Source of the DNA: Nitrospirota bacterium
GTDB taxonomy: Bacteria; Nitrospirota; UBA9217
Direction of reading: 5' to 3'
DNA length: 64,000 bases
NCBI GenBank assembly: GCA_963840455.1
Contig: CAWIYV010000001.1
Location: 128,001 to 192,000, forward strand
In this document: piece after piece, positions 1 to 9,989 of the stretch
Numbering within the stretch: the first letter of the stretch is position 1
Layout: each line of letters begins with the position of its first letter
Translations under genes and position numbers: made by a program
Notes under the pieces: generated by a model
What the model was told of the DNA's origin: nothing
Databases searched by the model: none
What the model saw: only the letters and a program-made list of their open reading frames with translations

Positions 1-42
1 GATATTACCGAGCCCCAGAATGGTAATGGTCGGTTCTTTCAT
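1..42 (-). CDS. hybD: Hydrogenase maturation endopeptidase HybD/HyaD family, 5' end only (runs off window)
   Basis: Minus strand from ATG at 42 reads MKEPTITILGLGNI (LGxGN motif of hydrogenase maturation proteases); GGAGGAG RBS at 53-59; directly downstream of the hydrogenase large subunit. Confidence 0.8.
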   Translation of the reverse strand, partial: MKEPTITILGLGNI

Positions 43-65
43 GGTTGTACTGCTCCTCCCTGAGC

Positions 66-108
66 AAAAAAAAGCCCTCCGCCTCCAGATGAGGGGGCAA
101 GAGGGCTT
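66..108 (-). terminator. Intrinsic terminator-like hairpin after hybC
   Basis: AAGCCCTC...GAGGGCTT stem followed by a T-run on the minus strand. Confidence 0.7.
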
Positions 109-130
109 CGTGCAAACTGTTACAGATATT

Positions 131-1831
131 TTACAGGGCCTTCACCGTGATGATATCTTTCCCTTTCGCATCGACCATGTGAATGGCGCAGGCCAGACAG
201 GGATCGAAGGAATGCACGGTCCGGAGGACCTCCAGAGGCTTTTCCGGGTCCGCCAGCGGCGTGCCGATGAGCGATGCTTCGTACGGGCCGGGTTGATCGC
301 TTCCGTTCCGCGGGGCTGCGTTCCAGGTTGAAGGAACGACGCACTGATAGTTTTTGATCTTCCCGTTGTCAATGACGCTCCAGTGTGACAGGATGCCGCG
401 CGGCGCCTCGTGGAAGCCAACGCCCTTGATCTCGCCGCTGGGGAACTTAGGCGCGTTGAAGGTCTTCACGTCGCCTTTGCCGATGTTGGCGACCAGAGCG
501 TTCCACTGGTTCGTGCACTCATCTAACAGCACCGCGCAGCGCACGGCGCGGGCGCCGATGCGGCCGATGGTCGAATGCAGCGCTGCTGGTCCGACCTTGG
601 TCTTGGCAACTGCACTGATCGTGTTTAGCATGTCGGTGACGTACTTCTTCGTCCCCGCATGACCGGCTGCGTACATGCAGAGCACATTGGCCAGCGGACC
701 GACCTGGGCGGTCTTGCCGTTGAACGTCGGCGCCTTGACCCATGAGTATTTTCCATCATACTGCATGCCCGTGTGGTTCGGGTCCGTAGACTCCTCCCAA
801 GGATGCTTGTTCCAGTCGCCCTTATACCAGGAGTGCTTGACGCTCTCTTTTACGCCGTTCTTGAAGAACTCGTCATTGAAGCTCTTGATGGGCTTAAAGG
901 TGCTGAAATCGGCGTTCTCGATGTATCCGCCCGGAAGAGCAAAGGTCGTTCCCTTCGTGTCCATGGGCATATCAGGAGCCGAAAGATAGTTCGTCACGCC
1001 TTTGCCGTACCCGGTCCAGTCGGCATACAAGGCTGCTACGGCCGCCACATCTACGAGCATGGCGTTCCTCACGAAGCTCTGGACCTCGTCGATAAGTGTC
1101 TTGATGTAGTAGAGCCTCTCCATGTTGAGCGCCGACTGGTTCTCCGGATTGATCGCGTTCGCCACGCCGCCGACCGCCAGGTTCTGGATGTTCGGCGTCT
1201 TGGACCCCAGAATGGACACCACCATGTTGATCCTGCGCTGGTAGTGGAGCGCCTGGAGGTAGTGTGCAGTAGCAAGGAGGTTCACCTCGGGCGGCAGTTT
1301 CATGGCCTTATGGCCCCAGTAGCCGTTCGCGTAAATGCCGAGTTGGCCGCTTTTTACAAAGGTCCCCAGCCGGTCCTGGACTTCCTTCATGTGCTTCGTG
1401 CTGTTCTGGTCCCAGTTCGAAAGGCTCTCACCGAGCTGCGACGCCTTCTTGGGGTCCGCCTTCAGGGCTGAGACGATGTCGACCCAGTCAAGGGCAGCCA
1501 GGTGGTAGAAATGCACAATATGATCATGGACGCCATGGGCTGCCATGATCAGGTTCCGGATATATTGCGCGTTCAGCGGTATTTCGAGCTGCAGGGCGTT
1601 CTCAACCGACCTCACCGAGGCCAGTGCGTGAACAGACGTTCAAACCCCGCAGATCCGTTGGGTAAAGAGCCAGACCTCCCGGGCGTCCCTGCCCTTCACG
1701 ATGTTCTCGATCCCGCGCCACATCTGGCCGGACGACCAGGCCTTGCTGACCTTGCCGTTCTCCACTTCGCATTCGATGCGCAGATGGCCTTCGATCCTGG
1801 TGATTGGATCTATAACGATTCTTTTCGACAT
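131..1831 (-). CDS. hybC: [NiFe]-hydrogenase large subunit (HybC/group 1c-like), 566 aa if the in-frame TGA at codon 64 is read as selenocysteine
   Basis: ORFs 1640..1831 and 131..1615 are in one frame, separated only by TGA at 1642-1640. Joined they read RIEGH...QRICGV(TGA)TSVHALASVRSVE...DPCLACAIH plus a C-terminal extension, colinear with hydrogenase-2 large subunits. Confidence 0.92.
1598..1639 (-). promoter_or_regulatory. Candidate bacterial SECIS element immediately 3' of the in-frame UGA
   Basis: mRNA after UGA reads ACGUCUGUUCACGC-ACUGGCCUC-GGU-GAGGUCGGU-UGAGAAC: 9-bp stem (2 G-U pairs), GGU apical loop starting 24 nt after UGA, possible lower GUUC/GAAC pairing. Confidence 0.75.
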
Positions 1832-1856
1832 TGTTCAGTGTCTCCTTCCGCGTAAG

Positions 1857-3038
1857 TTATGCGTGCTCAGCCTTCGGCAGCACGGGGAATGTCTTGACTA
1901 TATACAAATAGGCCATGATCTCGAAGGAAATGATGCCCAGCGTTATCATGGTCTCCCCGAACGAGGGGAAATAGTTCCAGTTGTTCCCGGGATTGAACCC
2001 GACCAGATACGTGTCGAAACGATAGACCGCTCCGGCCAGCACCATCGCAGCTGCCGCCAGAAAGAGCTGCTTGGGCCGAGAGCGGTTCGCTGCCTGCAGG
2101 AGGATGATGAACGAATAGACATACAGGGCGTTCTCGATCCAGAACGCAAGGGCGTACTTGTTGAACTGGAACGCCATCCCGAACGCACCCCGCCAGAGCA
2201 GATCAGCGACCCGCACCAGGAGATAGGCACCAATAAGCCAGGGGATGATCCCCGAGAGCTTCGACAGGAAGGGCATCTCGATCTCGCGCTTGAACCCAAT
2301 GGATGAATAGATGGACTCAAAGACCACCATCGCGTATCCCATGGTGATGGCCGAGATCAGGAAGAGCAGAGGCAGGAATCCCGTCTGCCAGAGCGGATGG
2401 AGCTTTGCCCCGGAGATATACATCAGCGTGCCGAGCGAGGACTGGTGCATGGTCGGCAGGAGTACCCCAACGGCAATGAAGACGAATAACCACTTGTTCA
2501 GCGTCTTATGGATGCCTTCGACCTTCCATCCCTGGACGAACTTCGGCAGCTTGTCCTTGTGTTTGATGATGCCTTCCAGAAAAGCAGGTGTGAATTCGAT
2601 CCAGAGCACGGTGGTATAGGTCATCACGCAGAAGGCGACTTCAAACATGGTCGAGTTGATATTCGCATACCACGGGGTGAAGAGTTTCCAGCCATTCCAG
2701 TACCGTCCGATGTCAACCATGATGGATGCGCCCGCAAGCGTGTAGCCAAATACGCCTGCGAGCAGCGCGGGACGGACAAGCGGATGATACTCACCTTTGT
2801 TCATGACATAGACCAGCAATGCCATGGAATATCCGCCACAGGCTATGGCCGTGCCCACAACCACGTCATAGGCGATCCAGATGCCCCATGGATAACCGTC
2901 GTTCAGGTTCGAGACAGCCCCGATCCCGAAGATGTAGCGGATGCCGATCAGGATGACCGCAACGCCGAACAAGCCGGCAAAGAACAGAAATGGCTTGGTC
3001 AAAACATTTCCGCCTAAGGGTCTGCTTTCTTCCGACAT
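1857..3038 (-). CDS. hybB: Hydrogenase-2 membrane subunit HybB (NrfD/PsrC family)
   Basis: About 10 hydrophobic segments, GYPWGIWIAYDV and LLPTMHQSSLG motifs, position in the operon. Confidence 0.92.
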   Translation of the reverse strand: MSEESRPLGGNVLTKPFLFFAGLFGVAVILIGIRYIFGIGAVSNLNDGYPWGIWIAYDVVVGTAIACGGYSMALLVYVMNKGEYHPLVRPALLAGVFGYTLAGASIMVDIGRYWNGWKLFTPWYANINSTMFEVAFCVMTYTTVLWIEFTPAFLEGIIKHKDKLPKFVQGWKVEGIHKTLNKWLFVFIAVGVLLPTMHQSSLGTLMYISGAKLHPLWQTGFLPLLFLISAITMGYAMVVFESIYSSIGFKREIEMPFLSKLSGIIPWLIGAYLLVRVADLLWRGAFGMAFQFNKYALAFWIENALYVYSFIILLQAANRSRPKQLFLAAAAMVLAGAVYRFDTYLVGFNPGNNWNYFPSFGETMITLGIISFEIMAYLYIVKTFPVLPKAEHA

Positions 3039-3055
3039 AGGTATCTCCCTTGTGG

Positions 3056-4009
3056 TTATTTGTGATCCTTCGTGTTCTTATGCACCACGTACAGCAGACC
3101 GCCGAGGAATACGATCGGCGCGATCATGCCTTTGTAGATCGTGTGATTCAGCGTTTCCGACCGCTTCGCATCCGAAGCTTCCGTCAGGCTCGGCATGCCG
3201 AGCTTTTCGAACGGCACACCGGTAAGATAGAGGATCTGCGTGCCGCCGCCATCTTTCTCGCCATAGATCTTCTGGATGTAGGGGGTCACATCCCGCTCGG
3301 TCGTGACCGATCCACCGAGTTGCTCTACCGGATAGTTCTGTCGGCTCCCCGGTTTGTACTGGAGCCGCTTCCTGGCTTCAGCGAGAAGGTCTTCCACCTT
3401 GCCGTATACCGTGGCTCCCGTGGGACAATTCTTGGCGCACGCCGCAAACTCGCCCTTCTTCATCAGGTGATCGCATAGCTGGCATTTGCGGATCTGCGGG
3501 AAGGCCTTTTCAAATTCGAACTTCGGAACATTAAACGGACAGGCAAGTTGGCAGTAACGGCACCCGATGCAATTACCCTTATCGTAGCTGACAACGCCGG
3601 TCTTCGGGTCCTTGATCAGTGCCGATACCGGACATGCTGAAACACACGCAGGGTCCGTGCAGTGCATACACTGCCGCTTGACGTAGGCATGGCCGTCCTT
3701 TTCCCGGTCCTTCGCCACCCCCGTACCGTCTTTATAGAGCTTGATGATATTTAAGGTCTTGGAATCATCGTCTAACGCATTGTCCCAGAGCTGATCGCTC
3801 GAGGAGAAGCTCGGCGGCATTTCATTCGCCTGTTTGCAGGCGGAGACGCAGGCTTTGCAGCCGGTGCAGACCGTCGAATCATAGAGAAAGCCTACCGCAT
3901 CCTTTGCTCGCTCCTTGGGCTCGCGGGCAAGGACCGGATGTGCACTGGACGCCGCCATGAGGCCGCCGGCTGCAGCAACTTTCAGGAAATCTCTTCGTTT
4001 AATTTCCAT
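3056..4009 (-). CDS. hybA: Hydrogenase-2 Fe-S subunit HybA (Tat-exported, 4x[4Fe-4S])
   Basis: RRDFLK Tat motif; CTGCKACVSAC, CMHC..PACVSACP, CIGCRYCQLACP and CQLC..CAKNCP clusters; C-terminal TM helix. Confidence 0.93.
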   Translation of the reverse strand: MEIKRRDFLKVAAAGGLMAASSAHPVLAREPKERAKDAVGFLYDSTVCTGCKACVSACKQANEMPPSFSSSDQLWDNALDDDSKTLNIIKLYKDGTGVAKDREKDGHAYVKRQCMHCTDPACVSACPVSALIKDPKTGVVSYDKGNCIGCRYCQLACPFNVPKFEFEKAFPQIRKCQLCDHLMKKGEFAACAKNCPTGATVYGKVEDLLAEARKRLQYKPGSRQNYPVEQLGGSVTTERDVTPYIQKIYGEKDGGGTQILYLTGVPFEKLGMPSLTEASDAKRSETLNHTIYKGMIAPIVFLGGLLYVVHKNTKDHK

Positions 4010-4029
4010 AGGTTCGTTCTCCCGTGGCC

Positions 4030-5166
4030 TTATTTTTTCCCTTTGCCTTCATCTTCACCCAGCTTATGAGCAACTTTATTCACTGCTGCGAACGCAGCTC
4101 CAGCGGCTGCCGCTGCGACGACAACACCTCCGATGGTCGCACCCGTGCTCGCACCTTGCCTTTCTGCGATGTGCGGATAGGTGTCTGGTGGGGTCACCAT
4201 ATGCAGGCTGGCCTTGGTGAAGAGCGGCTTATGGAATCCGATGCCCTTCTCAGAGCATCCAAAGCACGGATGACCGCATCCTACCGGCCATGTTCCAGCG
4301 CCAGTATCGCCGAATAGCAGAGAAGGGCAATTGTTGAATGTCTCAGGCCCCTTGCACCCAAGCTTATAGAGGCAATATCCCTTGCGATGGTTGTCATCAC
4401 CGAACTCTGTGGCGAACCGGCCAGCGTCAAAGTGCGGCCTGCGCTCGCAGTTCTCATGAATGAGCCTGCCATAGGCGAACTTCGGCCTGGCCAACTCGTC
4501 GAGCTCCGGCAGTTTCTTGAAAGTGACGAAGTACAGAACGGTCGAAAGGAAATTGTAGGGATTCGGCGGACATCCGGGGATGGAGACCACCGGCGTCTTG
4601 ATGCCTGCGTCGGTGAGTATCTTATGAACCGGTGTGGCACCTGTCGGGTTGGGATCAGCGGACGGTACACCGCCCCAGGACGAGCAGGAACCCATCGCCA
4701 CGATCGCGAAGGCATCCTTGGCCGTGTCTTTAAGGATGTCCAGGGCCGTCCTGCCGGCAATCATGCAATAGATGCCGTTGTCCTTGACCGGTATGGCGCC
4801 ATCCACGACGAGGATGAACTTGCCTTTGTTCTCCTTGATCGAGGTTGCTCGTGCTTCCTCAGCCTGATGACCGGAGGGAGTGCTGAGCGTTTCGTGGTAA
4901 TCGAGGGAGATGAGATCGAGGATAAGATGTTCGAGGGTGGGATGTGTGGCCCGAAGCAGCGATTCTGTACAACCGGTACACTCCTGCGCCGACAGCCAAA
5001 TCACCGGCGGGCGCTTCGCCGCTCCTGCAACGGCCTCTGCGATCTGCTCGCCGGCACCGAGCGGCAGCCCCATGCCTGCGGCCACAATACTGCAATACTT
5101 GATAAACTCCCTGCGTGACACACCAAGCTGCTTGCTGACCGATTCAGTATCTTTGTTCTTCTTCAT
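4030..5166 (-). CDS. hybO: [NiFe]-hydrogenase small subunit (Tat-exported, C-terminal membrane anchor)
   Basis: SRREFIK Tat motif; ECTGCTES, GSCSSWGG, PGCPPNP, HENCERR, CLYKLGCKGP and GHPCFGC motifs. Confidence 0.94.
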   Translation of the reverse strand: MKKNKDTESVSKQLGVSRREFIKYCSIVAAGMGLPLGAGEQIAEAVAGAAKRPPVIWLSAQECTGCTESLLRATHPTLEHLILDLISLDYHETLSTPSGHQAEEARATSIKENKGKFILVVDGAIPVKDNGIYCMIAGRTALDILKDTAKDAFAIVAMGSCSSWGGVPSADPNPTGATPVHKILTDAGIKTPVVSIPGCPPNPYNFLSTVLYFVTFKKLPELDELARPKFAYGRLIHENCERRPHFDAGRFATEFGDDNHRKGYCLYKLGCKGPETFNNCPSLLFGDTGAGTWPVGCGHPCFGCSEKGIGFHKPLFTKASLHMVTPPDTYPHIAERQGASTGATIGGVVVAAAAAGAAFAAVNKVAHKLGEDEGKGKK

Positions 5167-5307
5167 ACAACCCCCTCAAAGAAAAGAATATTCAAACAAT
5201 ATGCAGGCTTGTTGGTGAGACGATGCGACACAGAAGCATCAAGATTCATTCGGGCGTGAATAGTTTAGATAGTGATTAACAATATAAGAAAATATTATAG
5301 TTTTATC

Positions 5308-5323
5308 AGCAAATATCATGCCA
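5308..5323 (-). promoter_or_regulatory. Sigma54 (-24/-12) promoter of the hyb operon
   Basis: Minus strand TGGCATGATATTTGCT fits TGGCA-N-TTGCW with exact GG-N10-GC spacing, about 140 nt upstream of hybO, next to a very AT-rich tract. Confidence 0.75.
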
Positions 5324-5372
5324 TGTATAAATATATGATTTATATAATTATATATACTACTTTCTAAATATT

Positions 5373-5391
5373 TATGACAATATCCGTCATA
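5373..5391. promoter_or_regulatory. Inverted repeat, candidate enhancer-binding-protein or regulator site
   Basis: TATGAC-N7-GTCATA palindrome about 50 nt upstream of the sigma54 motif. Confidence 0.4.
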
Positions 5392-5463
5392 CCATACGTA
5401 ACTTTTTGTAACAAATATGTGGATAAAATAATTATTTGTTGCACCATTATTATCTGATGATGA

Positions 5464-5808
5464 CTACTTCCCAAATGTCTTTATAATATATTCCGCTATT
5501 TCCTTTGCATCTTTGTCCGGAATGGACTTCACATCAAACGTGGTCATACCGGGGCCGGGCTTTCTCATAAGATTCACAATATCATCTTTGGATTTTATGT
5601 TGTTCGCTTCGCGGTCTTTTTTATGGAGGGTTTTCTTCGGATTGACGATATTTCCGCCGTCAGGATGGCAAAGCGCGCAGTGCTCCTTGAACAAGGATTC
5701 TCCTGACTTGCCACCAGCCTGTGCGCTGTTGCTTGAACCTATGAATAATACAAGTGAGATTGATACGGCACACAAGAGGACCCCGACAAATGGCTTTCGC
5801 ATTTTCAT
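5464..5808 (-). CDS. Monoheme cytochrome c (c6/PetJ-like), secreted
   Basis: Signal peptide ending AQA, CALCH heme motif, GGN..P.KTL and distal PGM(Met); AAGGAG RBS before ATG 5808. Confidence 0.85.
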   Translation of the reverse strand: MKMRKPFVGVLLCAVSISLVLFIGSSNSAQAGGKSGESLFKEHCALCHPDGGNIVNPKKTLHKKDREANNIKSKDDIVNLMRKPGPGMTTFDVKSIPDKDAKEIAEYIIKTFGK

Positions 5809-6049
5809 GGCTCCTTTGTACAACAGGAATACTGTTGGCGGATACTGTGGAGATTATATCATAAAAAAAAATGATGGGAGATTTTTTTGTATATTTCTGT
5901 CCACAAGGCACAACAGGTGATGTCGAGAAGATGACCGGTCAATAGACCGCATCGATCATAAAACCTTCCTCGTTTGGAGCTTTATGACAACTGCCTCCAA
6001 GACCGATAATGAACGTTGGGTGTTCAATGAGCTGTCGGTGATCAACGGT

Positions 6050-6919
6050 CTACTGGCGAGCGTTGCGTCGATATGTTGCGTCACGGATGACCAGATAGCC
6101 TGATATCATGATGAGGAGACCGCCCGCCAGCGATGAAAAGGTCGGCCTCTCTCCGAGGAAAAGGACTGCCAAAGGTACGGCAGCAAGAGGCTCTATATAC
6201 CCGAGGATAGCGGCGTGCTGCGCCATTACCTTCCTCAGCGCGCTGAAATAAAGGAGCGGCGCGACCGTGGAATGGACGAGGCCGCCGGTGAGCAGGAGCA
6301 ATGCCGCCACCAGGGACACTTCATGATCGACCGCAAGCGCCACAGGCGCAGTTATCGCTATCGTGATCCAGAGGAGCACAACAACCGCCTTATGATGCAT
6401 TAACATTCGGCTGAGCTTGCGGGACAGGATGATCAAGCATGCATAGGCGACGCCTGAAACGGTCCCGGCAAGTATGCCCCGGGTATTCTCACCGCCCAGG
6501 TCGAGACCTCCGCCTGCAACAATGATCATCACCATGCCGGCTACCGCGATAGGAAGCGATATGAGGGTTATCTTCTGGAGCTTCTCAGCGATGAGCAACG
6601 GGGCGAGGGCCGCAACAATGACGGGAGCCGTATAGTGCGTGAAGACCGCGTTCGAAACCGTTGTGTGCCCCAGGGAATAGAAATAGCTGATGTTGTTGAC
6701 GACCGAGGAGAGGGCAAGCGCCGCGAACAACGGCCAGACGGTCAGCACGCCGCTCAGGTCCAGTTCCCCCCTTACTTTCAGGATGACGGGAACGGCAATG
6801 CTCGCGATAAGAGCGGTATAGAACAGAACGACCACGGGAGGCAAGGCGATCCAGCGGATCATGATCCCCCAGGTGCTCCAGATCAGCATGGCGGCAACGA
6901 TCTTCAGGTAGTTGTGCAT
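6050..6919 (-). CDS. EamA/DMT family transporter
   Basis: About 10 TM helices in two repeats; YTAP and YIEPL..LFLGE motifs. Confidence 0.85.
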   Translation of the reverse strand: MHNYLKIVAAMLIWSTWGIMIRWIALPPVVVLFYTALIASIAVPVILKVRGELDLSGVLTVWPLFAALALSSVVNNISYFYSLGHTTVSNAVFTHYTAPVIVAALAPLLIAEKLQKITLISLPIAVAGMVMIIVAGGGLDLGGENTRGILAGTVSGVAYACLIILSRKLSRMLMHHKAVVVLLWITIAITAPVALAVDHEVSLVAALLLLTGGLVHSTVAPLLYFSALRKVMAQHAAILGYIEPLAAVPLAVLFLGERPTFSSLAGGLLIMISGYLVIRDATYRRNARQ

Positions 6920-6961
6920 CGAAGGAATAATGCAGATTCCGTACCGGAGGCTCCGGTCAAT

Positions 6962-7010
6962 AAAAATGCGGAATGAAGAGCGTATCTATACGCCATCCTT
7001 CATTCCGCAT
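6962..7010 (-). terminator. Intrinsic terminator downstream of ahcY
   Basis: ATGCGGAATGAAG...CTTCATTCCGCAT stem followed by TTTT on the minus strand. Confidence 0.7.
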
Positions 7011-7032
7011 GCGTTTGTTCATCTTCTTGAGA

Positions 7033-7146
7033 TGAATCCAGGAGCGAGCGCATTCCCCGCAGTTTGATGTGGGGGTAGCGAGCGATGAGAACACCTATAC
7101 TGCCGTGAGGATCGAATTCCCTGCAGCTTGCTGCAGGGAGCATCAA
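7033..7146 (-). repeat. Dispersed ~115-bp two-hairpin element, copy 1 (reverse orientation)
   Basis: Reverse complement matches copies at 19455, 34348, 38282 and 52315; abuts the ahcY stop codon. Confidence 0.9.
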
Positions 7147-8412
<1,266 letters not shown>

Positions 8413-8452
8413 TTACCATAATTTAGGTCGTTTTCACGCCTTCAACACAAAA

Positions 8453-8480
8453 GTAGGGACACGGCGCGCCGTGCCCCTAC
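8453..8480. repeat. GTAG-type REP-like palindrome
   Basis: GTAGGGACACGGCGCGCCGTGCCCCTAC, a near-perfect 28-bp palindrome with GTAG/CTAC ends between metK and ahcY. Confidence 0.75.
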
Positions 8481-8503
8481 GAATGACGCATAGCTTCAGA
8501 ATG

Positions 8504-9661
<1,158 letters not shown>

Positions 9662-9713
9662 CTGTTTTCCTCCCGGCCGGTGTGACTCGTATGTTCAAGG
9701 AAAAAGCCCTGCA

Positions 9714-9741
9714 TTTATAGCACAATCACGGTTTTTGTCAA
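9714..9741 (-). promoter_or_regulatory. Sigma70-type promoter for metK-ahcY
   Basis: TTGACA-N16-TATAAA with a TG extended -10. Confidence 0.55.
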
Positions 9742-9989
9742 GAGCAAATTGCTCATGAAGCACACAATATTGTGGTCTCTTCGGGCCGCACCCCAACTGG
9801 CTTGAAGAATCTTGGAACCGTGAGTCCCCGAACGATGTTGTTCTCCTTTTCCTGATATCGTATCCACACCGACCGGCCCCATGAACCTTGTTCTTGGGTA
9901 ACGAAAAATGCTTAAAAAAAATGCGGCGTATTGCCGCATGGTTGTAGCATCTATGGCAGAGCTGTCCCTATGGATTCTCCAATCTTACG

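Noticed and set aside
1640-1831. The 63-aa ORF and the 494-aa ORF as two separate genes, or hybC as a simple pseudogene
   Set aside because: They share one frame, the break falls exactly on a metal-ligand codon, a SECIS-like stem follows, and the operon is otherwise intact. A nonsense mutation or sequencing error is not excluded but is less parsimonious.
9662-9760. SAM riboswitch upstream of metK
   Set aside because: The predicted promoter is about 50 nt from the start codon and no S-box core is visible
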